Of a stretch of 64,000 bases of DNA, positions 21,257-30,847 are shown piece by piece. A model generated the notes under the pieces. It was not told where the DNA came from and searched no databases. It saw nothing but the letters and a program-made list of their open reading frames with translations. The position numbers and the translations under genes are program-made. The stretch is taken from contig JAZNBG010000035.1 in assembly GCA_045586925.1 (NCBI GenBank), positions 6,417 to 70,416 of the forward strand, written 5' to 3'. Origin of the DNA: Clostridia bacterium. GTDB lineage: Bacteria > Bacillota > Clostridia > Monoglobales > Monoglobaceae. The stretch's first letter is position 1. Each line of letters opens with the position of its first letter.

Positions 21257-22648
21257 ATGTTTATAGGCAGAGAAAGAGAGCTTGAAGCTCTGAATAAGCT
21301 TTATAAATCAAATAAATTTGAATTTGCGGTTATCTATGGCAGACGCCGCGTTGGTAAAACTGCGCTCATAAATGAGTTTATAGATAACAAAAAAGCCATA
21401 TATTTTATGGGTGTTGAAAGCAATGCAAAGCAGAATCTTGAAAACTTCTCAAAAAGCATTATGGAGTTTGCAAGTGGTATTGAAACGGAATCCTCTTTCC
21501 TTTCGTTCCAGGCGGCGTTAGAGTATGTATTCAAGCTTGCGGAAAACGAAAGAATCATTCTTGCTATTGATGAATACCCTTATGTGGCTCGTTCATCAAA
21601 AAGCCTTGCATCTACTTTACAACTTCTAATTGATAAATATAAAGATACATCAAAATTGATGCTTATTCTCTGTGGTTCTTCTATGTCCTATATAGAAGAC
21701 CATGTGCTTGCATATAAAGCGCCTCTTTATGGCAGAAGAACAGCACAAATGAAACTTTTGCCATTTGACTTTGAGGAAACATGCAGATATTTCAAAAATC
21801 TATCTGATGAAGATAAAGCACTTATTTATGGCGTTGCAGGTGGCACACCGCAGTACCTTTTGCAGATGGACGATAAATTAAGCGTTGAAGACAATATAAA
21901 AAACACATACTTAAATCCAATTTCATTCTTGTATGAGGAACCAACTAATCTTTTAAAACAAGAAGTGCGTGAACCGGCTATTTACACTGCGATCATTACA
22001 GCTATTGCAACTGGCTCATCAAGAATGTCAGAGATTTCAAGTAAAGTTGGCGAAGATACAAATGTATGTGCAACTTATATTAAAAACTTGATTAATCTTG
22101 GCATTGTTCAGAAAGAAACACCGTATGGTGAAAAGGCATCTCGTAAGTCAGTTTACTCCATTGAGGACAATATGTTCCGCTTCTGGTATCGCTTTGTTCT
22201 TGAAAACAACTCAATCATTGCACGTGGTGCTGCTGATTTGGTTTACAAAAGAATTGAACCACATTTTTCTAACTATATGGGTAAGGTTTTTGAAGAAATT
22301 TGTAAACAGTATCTTTGGAAACAACTTCTTTCCGGTAACTGCCCTGTAGAGTTTACCTCTCTCGGCCGCTGGTGGGGTAATGATCCGAAAGAAAAGAGCC
22401 AAACTGAAATTGATATTATGGGAGAACAGGATAAAAACACAGCTCTCTTTGCAGAATGTAAGTGGACTAACGAAAAGGTTGACCTCGGTGTTTTAGAAAC
22501 ACTTATAAAACGAGGTAATTTGTTCTCATATAAAACAAAGCATTATTACCTGTTCTCAAAATCAGGATTTACAAAAGGTTGTATTGATAAGGCTAACGAG
22601 ATGAGTAATGTAAGTTTGATAGAGTTTGCGGATATGATGGAGGTATAG
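21257..22648 (+). CDS. AAA+ ATPase with a DUF234-type C-terminal region
   Basis: Walker A GRRRVGKT and Walker B ILAIDEYPY; ATG 21257 follows GGAGG. Confidence 0.7.
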   Translation: MFIGRERELEALNKLYKSNKFEFAVIYGRRRVGKTALINEFIDNKKAIYFMGVESNAKQNLENFSKSIMEFASGIETESSFLSFQAALEYVFKLAENERIILAIDEYPYVARSSKSLASTLQLLIDKYKDTSKLMLILCGSSMSYIEDHVLAYKAPLYGRRTAQMKLLPFDFEETCRYFKNLSDEDKALIYGVAGGTPQYLLQMDDKLSVEDNIKNTYLNPISFLYEEPTNLLKQEVREPAIYTAIITAIATGSSRMSEISSKVGEDTNVCATYIKNLINLGIVQKETPYGEKASRKSVYSIEDNMFRFWYRFVLENNSIIARGAADLVYKRIEPHFSNYMGKVFEEICKQYLWKQLLSGNCPVEFTSLGRWWGNDPKEKSQTEIDIMGEQDKNTALFAECKWTNEKVDLGVLETLIKRGNLFSYKTKHYYLFSKSGFTKGCIDKANEMSNVSLIEFADMMEV

Positions 22649-22649
22649 T

Positions 22650-24737
22650 ATGGCTAAGAAAAAGAATAAACATGAAGCATTGTCTGTTGGAAGATTAATT
22701 AACGAAGTTTTAGTCGATCAGCTAGGAATCCCATTTCGAAACATAGTTAATGATACAACTTTTTCAGATTTTACAGGTTCTAAAAGACCAGATATTTTAA
22801 TAGGAAATTTTGAATATACTGGATCAAACAATGAACAATATATAAAAAATCTTGTTGCATATGCAGAAGCAAAAGACATTACATGCAAAGTGGATGATAC
22901 TGAGTGGAAAGATGCGGTAAATCAAGGTAAAGAAAAGGCTGCAAAATTAGGATTACCATTTTTCGGTGTAACAAATTGTAAAACAACATATTTTTACAAT
23001 TTAAAAACCGGAAATAGAATTTCTTTAAACGGTAATGTCATCTATGAATTTCAGACATTGGATGTTTTTAGAATAATAAAAAAGCAATTAACCGAAAAAC
23101 CAAATGTTGATGATATAAAAATAGGTATAGATTCACTATCCTCTGTTTCAGAAGCTGTTTTCAACAAAAAACTTTGGGAGCTAAAAGAAGAATATCGTGC
23201 GATAGATTTCGAAAATAATACACAAAAAATAGATTTTACTGTAGGAATGATTGCGTTAGAATATTATGAAGAAAAAGCTGAGATAGATGGAACTAAAGAT
23301 AATTCTATGCAGTATTGGTCTACATGTAAGGCGATGATTCCCAATCCATATACATATGAAAACTCAAACACAATAACAACGATTTTAGTAACATATATAG
23401 ATAGACTTACTGGCGAAGAGTCGGAGTTTAAAGAATTTTCTCCGCTTTTAAAGAAGGTAAAGGAATTAATAAGCGGTCAGAAACCTATGATTAATTCTAA
23501 ACGTTTGCAATCTATATATTTTATTATTGATTCTATGCGACCTCTGCATGGTACGGGCTTTGACTTGTTCGGTGCAGTGTATGAAAATTTTGCAAACACA
23601 AAAGAGAAGAAGGATTTTGGTGAGTATTTTACAAGGCGACATTATGCACATGTTTTTGCGGAGTTATTGTTGCAGAAAGAAGATATTTTTAATTCCGAAT
23701 ATAAATTTTCTATTTTAGACCCAGCTTGTGGAACTGGCGGAATGCTTACAGAAAGTTTTAAGGTTTTGAAAAACAACTATGAATCTTCGGGTACATTTGA
23801 TCAAGAAGCACAAACTTTTTTGTCCGAAGAGTGCTTTTATGGAATAGATGTAAGAGGAGAAAATATTTCAAGAACCCGTTTAAATATGTTTTTGGTTGGT
23901 GATGGGCACACAAACATGCACTCTGATGACTCATTAAACCCAACAACAAAAACTGGGAAGAAATTTTTGAATAAAAAATATAAATATATCATAACAAACC
24001 CTCCTTATGGACCGGGTACAGAATTAGCAAACACAGATAGTATAAACTCTTATAGGTTCGAAATAGCGTTTATCTGTAGAATTATAGATCTCCTAGAAAG
24101 AAATGGTCAAGCGTGTATAATCACCCCTGATGGCATTTTGGAAAACCCTTCTTTGAAAAAGTTTCGAAATGAGATTTTGCAAACATGTGAAATATATGCA
24201 ATAGTTTCTTTACCCAAGTTTGCTTTTGCACCTTATACAAAAGAAAAAACATACGCATTATTCATTAGAAAACTACATGATAGAGCGTCCTCGGAGCAAA
24301 CCAATAAAAAATTGCCTACTGGGAAATTCCAATCAACTCCAATTTGGATGTATATCATTGATAACGATGGCTTTGCTAATTCTGATAAGAGATTCCCTAC
24401 TAGACTTAGAGATTCAAGTCAAAGATGGCAGCATGATGAGGTTTCGGGTTATGCTGATAGCGAAGGTATAGAAAGAAAAAGTATTCTTGAACAGCGATGG
24501 TTAAATTTTGACGATACAGCTACGGGTGGAACATTGTGGATTGATGAAGATGGCATTGAAGTAAAAATGAGAAAAGGTGGCTTTGTACAAATTGACTCTA
24601 TTCGAAATAATGATTTTTTGACTTTACTTCCAGAATATTATCTAAGACCATATGAACCTAAGTTTATAACAGAGGAACAATTTAATGAAAGTATGGATAA
24701 TATTGAACGTGAGATAAAAGAGTTTTTTGGACTGTAG
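22650..24737 (+). CDS. fused restriction endonuclease / N6-adenine DNA methyltransferase (type IIB BcgI-A-like or type IIG)
   Basis: N-terminal PD-(D/E)xK (RPDILI ... AYAEAKD), MTase motif I ILDPACGTGGML and motif IV IITNPPYG. Confidence 0.7.
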   Translation: MAKKKNKHEALSVGRLINEVLVDQLGIPFRNIVNDTTFSDFTGSKRPDILIGNFEYTGSNNEQYIKNLVAYAEAKDITCKVDDTEWKDAVNQGKEKAAKLGLPFFGVTNCKTTYFYNLKTGNRISLNGNVIYEFQTLDVFRIIKKQLTEKPNVDDIKIGIDSLSSVSEAVFNKKLWELKEEYRAIDFENNTQKIDFTVGMIALEYYEEKAEIDGTKDNSMQYWSTCKAMIPNPYTYENSNTITTILVTYIDRLTGEESEFKEFSPLLKKVKELISGQKPMINSKRLQSIYFIIDSMRPLHGTGFDLFGAVYENFANTKEKKDFGEYFTRRHYAHVFAELLLQKEDIFNSEYKFSILDPACGTGGMLTESFKVLKNNYESSGTFDQEAQTFLSEECFYGIDVRGENISRTRLNMFLVGDGHTNMHSDDSLNPTTKTGKKFLNKKYKYIITNPPYGPGTELANTDSINSYRFEIAFICRIIDLLERNGQACIITPDGILENPSLKKFRNEILQTCEIYAIVSLPKFAFAPYTKEKTYALFIRKLHDRASSEQTNKKLPTGKFQSTPIWMYIIDNDGFANSDKRFPTRLRDSSQRWQHDEVSGYADSEGIERKSILEQRWLNFDDTATGGTLWIDEDGIEVKMRKGGFVQIDSIRNNDFLTLLPEYYLRPYEPKFITEEQFNESMDNIEREIKEFFGL

Positions 24738-24746
24738 GAGGAATAA

Positions 24747-25901
24747 ATGAAATATCAAGTAAAAGATTATCCTATTTGTGATGCTATCTCTTGCATGAGT
24801 GGAAATTCTGGTTTAACAGAGGAATTTATATATAGTACGACACAGATAAAGGGTAAAAGGTATATAGTTTTATCCAGTGCTTTAGAAGAGGAAACAATGA
24901 TGGGCGAAGTTCCGATGTGTACTTTAAACGATAAACCAATTAAAGTCTTTGAAAATAAGGAAGGGCTACTGGTTGCCAGAAATGGCAGAGCCGGGACAAC
25001 AAGATATTTAACCCCAGGGCGATATACAATTAATGATCATGCATATATCCTTTCGGTTAAAAAAGGTTGTCCATATAAAATTGATCTGAGATGGTTGGCT
25101 ATTCAATATAAAACTGAATTTCTTTCATATTCATCAGCTTCAGATAATGGCACATGGAACAAAACTGGCTTTTTTAAAAATGTTACAATAGACGTTCCTG
25201 ATATTGATGAGCAGATACGAATCGTTAATATGGTAGAAAAGGCACAACAAACTATAGAAAAGATAAAAATAATTAAGAAGGATTTGCTTAAAGCATTTGA
25301 ACGCATAATTTCTGTCGAATATTCTAAATATGTTAAACGTAATATACCAATTAATGATGTTTTAGATTGTATGAGTGGCAATTCGGGATTAACATCCGAA
25401 TTCATATATAGCACTTTACATAAGCCAGGTAAAAGATTCAAAGTTTTGTCTGGAGCAACACAAGAAGAGAATTTATTAGGAGAAATCCCCAAATGTGCAA
25501 TAGACGATAAAATGATTAAAACTTTTGAAGATAAAGAAGGTCTCCTAGTTGTTAGAAAAGGGAAAGCAGGTGCTACAAAGTTTCTGCCAAAGGGTAACTA
25601 TACAATAAATGATGATGCATATATCTTGTCTGTAAAGCCGGACTTTGAAAAGTTGGTTGATATTAGGTGGATAAAGATTCATTGTAAAACAGACTTTATG
25701 AATTATTCATCATCTTCGGACAATGGTACATGGAACAAAACAGGCTTTTTTAAAAATGTTACAATAGACATTCCAGCGTTGGAAGAACAAAAACGTGTTG
25801 CAGCAACATATGAGAAGGCCGAAAAGTATTTTGAAAAAATACAAAAAATCGAAAAGCAACTAACAGAATTGTTGGATAAAAGGCTCTGTTCAGAATTGTA
25901 A
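24747..25901 (+). CDS. R-M specificity (S) subunit with two target-recognition domains
   Basis: Two internally repeated halves, each ending in an HsdS-type conserved helix (NVTIDVPDIDEQIRIV / NVTIDIPALEEQKRVA). Confidence 0.8.
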   Translation: MKYQVKDYPICDAISCMSGNSGLTEEFIYSTTQIKGKRYIVLSSALEEETMMGEVPMCTLNDKPIKVFENKEGLLVARNGRAGTTRYLTPGRYTINDHAYILSVKKGCPYKIDLRWLAIQYKTEFLSYSSASDNGTWNKTGFFKNVTIDVPDIDEQIRIVNMVEKAQQTIEKIKIIKKDLLKAFERIISVEYSKYVKRNIPINDVLDCMSGNSGLTSEFIYSTLHKPGKRFKVLSGATQEENLLGEIPKCAIDDKMIKTFEDKEGLLVVRKGKAGATKFLPKGNYTINDDAYILSVKPDFEKLVDIRWIKIHCKTDFMNYSSSSDNGTWNKTGFFKNVTIDIPALEEQKRVAATYEKAEKYFEKIQKIEKQLTELLDKRLCSEL

Positions 25902-26018
25902 TGATAGTCAGATGTGTGAAGTTTTTTGATTTGCATATACCAAGAGCTCAAAAAAACATAGACTTTAGATAAGATTGATGTTTAAGTGATTGAACTCTTC
26001 TTACAGGAGGGAATATAA

Positions 26019-26660
26019 ATGTGGAGAAAGTTCCGTTGGGATATGTTTGTTACATCATTTATCCCATTATGGTTTTCTATTATTGTTTTTAATCTATGGA
26101 AAGTAGTAGAAATTTCAATTGATGTTTGGGATAAGAAAAGCAAGTACATTGATAACATAGTAAATTGCATTGAAAAAAGCTATGTTGAACTCGGTGTTAT
26201 GCTTGTTGTTATTTTACTTGTTTGGATTAGTATTAGTGGAATTAGCTCTTTTATAAAGGAACGTAAGTCTACAGAAAATAATCCTAAAGGGAAAATAATA
26301 CGAGCAACTAAAGCTAACAAACTTTCTTCTGAGTTTTTGTTAGCATACATACTTCCTATGATAGCTTTTGACTTTGGAGAAATAAAGGATATAGTTTTGT
26401 TTGTTATATACTTTTCTGTATTGGCCTTTTTGTGCATAAGAAACAATAATATTTATACAAATATTCTTTTGGAATTTAAGGGTTATAAAATGTACAACTG
26501 CGATATTGAGTGTTCGGTGCTTGAAAAGAAAAAGATTTATCACGACAGCTTGATAATAAGTGAAGTAGACTTAACTCAGATGGAAGAAAATGAGATACCA
26601 TATTGGGATTTTGACAAATATATTTATATAGCAATAAACGAGGTGGAAGATAGTGAGTAA
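26019..26660 (+). CDS. hypothetical 4-TM membrane protein (first gene of a two-gene module)
   Basis: 213 aa with four predicted TM helices; GGAGGG RBS. Confidence 0.5.
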   Translation: MWRKFRWDMFVTSFIPLWFSIIVFNLWKVVEISIDVWDKKSKYIDNIVNCIEKSYVELGVMLVVILLVWISISGISSFIKERKSTENNPKGKIIRATKANKLSSEFLLAYILPMIAFDFGEIKDIVLFVIYFSVLAFLCIRNNNIYTNILLEFKGYKMYNCDIECSVLEKKKIYHDSLIISEVDLTQMEENEIPYWDFDKYIYIAINEVEDSE

Positions 26661-27585
26661 AACCGTACTAAAGACAATATGTGAATGTGGAAAAAATGGT
26701 CAATATTCATGGAGTTTGTTTTTCTTCAAAACAGACAAAAGAAATAAACAGCCTTATAAAATGTTTAAGGTTCGTTTTAAAAACGCTAATTATCTTACTA
26801 CATATGCAGCAAACTTAATTGAGACTGTTGATAAGTTTCAAATTGAACCTATAAGCGATGTCCAGGATTACGATGGTGAGAATTCAAAAGTATCATGTGA
26901 TAAGATTGAATTGTCTAATCAACTAATTAGCGAACAGTGGACCTTATTCACCGAAGCTGTTGCAAGTGCCGCTGATGGTAAAGCCGACGGAAGAATTAAT
27001 GGTTATATATTGTACGGACAATCTTTAAAAGAAGATGACAAGCCTATTACACTTGTTAAAGTGGCAAATCCGATAACAAAGCTTACAAACAAAAAAAGTG
27101 TAATATTCACGACTACTGCAGATGATGAACTGGAATTAATGTCTGATGATGTATGTAGGCTTTATCTTACTACTGACTTTATTGTTTTTGATGGAACCAT
27201 GTATACATTCAACCATACATTTGAAACAATCTTTAATCTTGAGAAAACAATGGCTAAGGTGAAGAATGATGCTATAGAAGAGATATTAAGTACAAATGCT
27301 TTTTCTAATCCTGAAGAATTTAAAGCATTGGCAGGAAAATACAAATCATCACGCACCTTTATAACTCTTAAAAAAGAACGTGTAAATAGAATTAAAGATA
27401 AACGCAGTAGGAAGAAAGTCGCAGAAATGCTCAAACTTCCACTTGGTAGTGATGGAGAGTTTAATATAACAAAACCAGAAGATGCGTCTCTTTTATTGCG
27501 ATATCTGTGTTTTAAAATATTCCAGGATAATGAGACAATGGATGTGCTTGAGGCTAATACTGTAAACAAATTAAATCTTGCATAA
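26653..27585 (+). CDS. hypothetical soluble protein (second gene of the two-gene module)
   Basis: 310 aa; overlaps the upstream gene by 8 nt, so the two are translationally coupled. Confidence 0.5.
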   Translation: MSKTVLKTICECGKNGQYSWSLFFFKTDKRNKQPYKMFKVRFKNANYLTTYAANLIETVDKFQIEPISDVQDYDGENSKVSCDKIELSNQLISEQWTLFTEAVASAADGKADGRINGYILYGQSLKEDDKPITLVKVANPITKLTNKKSVIFTTTADDELELMSDDVCRLYLTTDFIVFDGTMYTFNHTFETIFNLEKTMAKVKNDAIEEILSTNAFSNPEEFKALAGKYKSSRTFITLKKERVNRIKDKRSRKKVAEMLKLPLGSDGEFNITKPEDASLLLRYLCFKIFQDNETMDVLEANTVNKLNLA

Positions 27586-27849
27586 GGTTCAATAAAAAGA
27601 CATGGAGAAATCAAACTCCACAGCTTTGCAGGAATATATGTTTTCTGAAACAAAATGAATATAAAATATACATTCATTTTAGGTGAGAAATATACAAATT
27701 TTACTCCCGAGGGGGTTGGGAAAAACGGAAATTTTAGCGTTTTTTGAAAAGTAGTCAAAAAAGCATAACAACTCCACATATCAAATGCCGCTTATCCCTA
27801 GTAAAATAGCCACATTCAGGACTTGTAAAAATTTAATTTTCAGACCACT

Positions 27850-28170
27850 TTTCCCACTAGTAGGGAGGGTTGGGGAAAACGCTTTTTGGTGTAATATTAA
27901 AAACGGTAAAAAATACACAAGTCGCCAAAGCATTTTTGCAGGGAATGTAGTTAGACGTAACGAGGTAATTTTGAGTGAAAACCAGTTAAACGTACAAAAG
28001 TAGTTACAAGAGCTTTGGAGGAAATAGCGAGAACAAAACTTGCGGATATAGTTAGCAAAAGACGGAGCAATAAAGTTGAAACACACAACGATTTGAAGGA
28101 ATAAAACATAAATAAATTCAGCACCGTTGAAAGATTTAAAATCTTTTGAGGGTGCTTTTTCTATAAACAA
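27850..28170 (+). repeat. copy 2 of the ~330-bp diverged direct repeat, ending in an intrinsic terminator
   Basis: Same conserved blocks as 20810-21140. It ends in a GCACCGTTGAAAGATTT...AAATCTTTTGAGGGTGC hairpin followed by TTTTTC. Confidence 0.6.
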
Positions 28171-28233
28171 AATAATAACACCTGTCCGGTGATATAATAT
28201 CATAAAAAGCCATTATGGTTTGGAGGTGTTGTT

Positions 28234-28908
28234 ATGACATATGGATATGTTAGAGTGTCCTCAAGTGATCAAAATGTAGACAGACAATTAATTGAAATGG
28301 AAGGATTAACAATCCCCGTACAAAATATTTTTATAGATAAACAATCGGGTAAAGACTTTAAGCGCCCACAATATATTAAATTGCTTGAGGTTCTTAAAAA
28401 AGGTGATTTATTATATGTAAAGTCAATAGACCGTTTGGGGCGAAACTATAAAGAAATACTGGAACAATGGCAAATGCTGACTAAAGAAATGGAAGTTGAT
28501 GTTGTTGTAATAGATATGCCACTTTTAGATACACGAACTGCTAAAGATTTGCTCGGTACATTCATAGCGGACTTGGTTTTACAAGTGCTTTCTTTTGTGG
28601 CTCAAAGCGAGCGTGAAAACATAAAGAAACGCCAAGAAGAAGGCATAAAAGCTGCCAGACTTCGTGGCGTTAAATTTGGACGACCTGTTATTCCCGTGCC
28701 GGATAATTTTGAGTTTCTTGTTGAACAATGGGAACATGGGGAAATATCCGCCGATTATGTGGCTCAGAAAAGCGAAATGAGTGAATCAACCTTTTATAGA
28801 AGATTAAAAGAATTAAGGAAAAACACAAAACAAAAATCACTGTCAAATGGTACACTTTTTGACAGTGATTATTTTTTGTTGATATATACTGTTAAAAACA
28901 GATTTTAA
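28234..28908 (+). CDS. small serine recombinase (resolvase/invertase family)
   Basis: YGYVRVSSSDQNVDRQ catalytic-Ser N-terminus and a C-terminal HTH; GGAGGTG RBS. Confidence 0.85.
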   Translation: MTYGYVRVSSSDQNVDRQLIEMEGLTIPVQNIFIDKQSGKDFKRPQYIKLLEVLKKGDLLYVKSIDRLGRNYKEILEQWQMLTKEMEVDVVVIDMPLLDTRTAKDLLGTFIADLVLQVLSFVAQSERENIKKRQEEGIKAARLRGVKFGRPVIPVPDNFEFLVEQWEHGEISADYVAQKSEMSESTFYRRLKELRKNTKQKSLSNGTLFDSDYFLLIYTVKNRF

Positions 28909-29051
28909 CACAAAAATTATACTATATTCCCCTTGAAAAGTCAATTAAATGATTTTATTTCTTACCAATCTCCAGTTGAACTGCCTTTGTCAAAAAGTGT
29001 ACTTTTTGGTAAAGCTATCAAGTTATTAGCTAATGGAGGTGTTCGACAAGA

Positions 29052-29552
29052 ATGGAAAACAACAGAGAACAGGAACTGAGGAAGCATAGATGCTGTTTTA
29101 CAGGTCATAGACCTGATAAAATGATACAAGGCGAAAAAGAGATTAAACCGCTACTTGAGGCGGCTATAGATAAGGCAATAGCTGAAGGTTATGTAACTTT
29201 TTTAACGGGCATGGCAATGGGGACAGATATATGGGCTGCTGAAATAATTTTAGATAGAAAGAAAAAGAACAAAAATTTACATCTTATTTGCGCACTGCCG
29301 CATCCTGGCTTCGATAGCAAAAGAAGTGTTGCAGAGAAAATACGGTTTGCAAAAATACTAAAGAAAGCAGATATAGTAAGAGAAATAAGCAATCACTTCT
29401 TCAAGTCATGTTACCAAAAACGAAATGAATGGATGGTTGACAGATCAAATTTGGTTATAGCGGTATTCAACGGAGAACCAAGTGGGACTAAAAATACGGT
29501 CATTTACGCTCAAAGGAAGGGCGTAGAAATCAATAATGTTTTAAAAAACTAA
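29052..29552 (+). CDS. SLOG-superfamily protein (DUF1273/YpsA-like)
   Basis: CCFTGHRP motif near the N-terminus and a Rossmann-like body. Confidence 0.5.
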   Translation: MENNREQELRKHRCCFTGHRPDKMIQGEKEIKPLLEAAIDKAIAEGYVTFLTGMAMGTDIWAAEIILDRKKKNKNLHLICALPHPGFDSKRSVAEKIRFAKILKKADIVREISNHFFKSCYQKRNEWMVDRSNLVIAVFNGEPSGTKNTVIYAQRKGVEINNVLKN

Positions 29553-29637
29553 ATATACAAATACAACAAATCATTGACAACTTCATTATATTATTTTAAA
29601 GCAGTGGTAGAATATATACATAAAGGAGTTGTCGAAT

Positions 29638-30477
29638 ATGAAAAGAATTACAAACGAATTAATTAAGAAATTCAGAGAATATCTGTTAAGTGAAGAAAAG
29701 GCAGTAGCAACGATAGAAAAGTATATCCACGATGTTCTTGTGTTTATGACTTGGCTTGCAGGAGCAGAGGTTACCAAAATGGCAGTTCTTGAATATAAAC
29801 AGGAACTAACTGAGAAGTATGCTCCCACAAGTGTTAATGCCGCGCTTTCTTCGTTGAATAGTTTCTTTGTTTTCAATGAATGGTACGATTGTAAAGCGAA
29901 AGCTGTGAAAATTCAAAAGCAGATTTTTGCCAATAAAGAGAAGGAATTATCAAAGGCTGAATACGAAAGACTGCTTTTAGCGGCAAAACAAAAGAAAAAT
30001 CAAAGACTTTACTTTCTTATGCAGACGATATGCAGCACCGGGATACGTGTATCTGAGTTGAGATTTATAACAGTTGAAGCTGTTTTAAGAGGACAGGCAC
30101 ATATTAACTGTAAAGGTAAGATGCGGGTTGTTATTCTCACAAATCAACTCTGTAAAATGCTGAAGAACTATATAAAAGATAATAAAATAATAAGTGGCTC
30201 GGTTTTTGTTACTAAAACAGGTAAGCCACTTGATCGTTCTAATATATGGTCGGATTTGAAAAAACTCTGTGAATGTGCGGGAGTAGATAAAGAAAAAGTT
30301 TTTCCACATAATTTTAGGCATTTGTTTGCGCGCACTTATTATACTTTGCAAAAAGATATAGTTCGTCTTGCTGATATCCTCGGTCATTCCAATGTAAACA
30401 CTACAAGGATTTACACAATGGAAAGCGGAGAGATGCATCGCAAGCAATTGCAAAAACTTGGATTACTGATATGTTAA
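29638..30477 (+). CDS. tyrosine site-specific recombinase (XerC/D-like integrase family)
   Basis: Core-binding domain plus the catalytic R...HxxR...Y pattern (GIRVSEL, HNFRHLFA, RIYTM). Confidence 0.85.
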   Translation: MKRITNELIKKFREYLLSEEKAVATIEKYIHDVLVFMTWLAGAEVTKMAVLEYKQELTEKYAPTSVNAALSSLNSFFVFNEWYDCKAKAVKIQKQIFANKEKELSKAEYERLLLAAKQKKNQRLYFLMQTICSTGIRVSELRFITVEAVLRGQAHINCKGKMRVVILTNQLCKMLKNYIKDNKIISGSVFVTKTGKPLDRSNIWSDLKKLCECAGVDKEKVFPHNFRHLFARTYYTLQKDIVRLADILGHSNVNTTRIYTMESGEMHRKQLQKLGLLIC

Positions 30478-30584
30478 ATTAAAAAACCACATAATTTCTC
30501 TTATGTGGTAAAACTGAATGAAGAGTTCCCCAATTTGTGTGTTATGAAATATGCATAACGGCTATTTTAACCCGAAAAAAGAAC

Positions 30585-30645
30585 GCCAATAAGACCAATG
30601 TATTGTGGTATTTTTGCATTGGTCTTATTGGCATTTATTTTTTTG
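30585..30645 (+). terminator. strong intrinsic terminator
   Basis: GCCAATAAGACCAATG ... CATTGGTCTTATTGGC 16-bp stem followed by a T9 run. Confidence 0.85.
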
Positions 30646-30847
30646 TAGAGTTTCGATGAAATTTTACAAAATTCTCTCAAATCATTGACATTTCGATAAT
30701 AATATGTTACCATATTAAAGTATAATTATGTATAGAGCAGTTGTGCGTACCACATAAGAGAAATTATGTTGTAAGTGGAGTTTATTTTTTTTGAGTAAAA
30801 TTATGACCGACTGGTCGGTATAGTGTAAACAAAAAGAGGTGTTACTA

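Noticed and set aside
24747-25901. Large internal direct repeat within the S-subunit gene
   Set aside because: This is the normal duplicated TRD and conserved-helix architecture of HsdS-type specificity proteins, not a mobile repeat.
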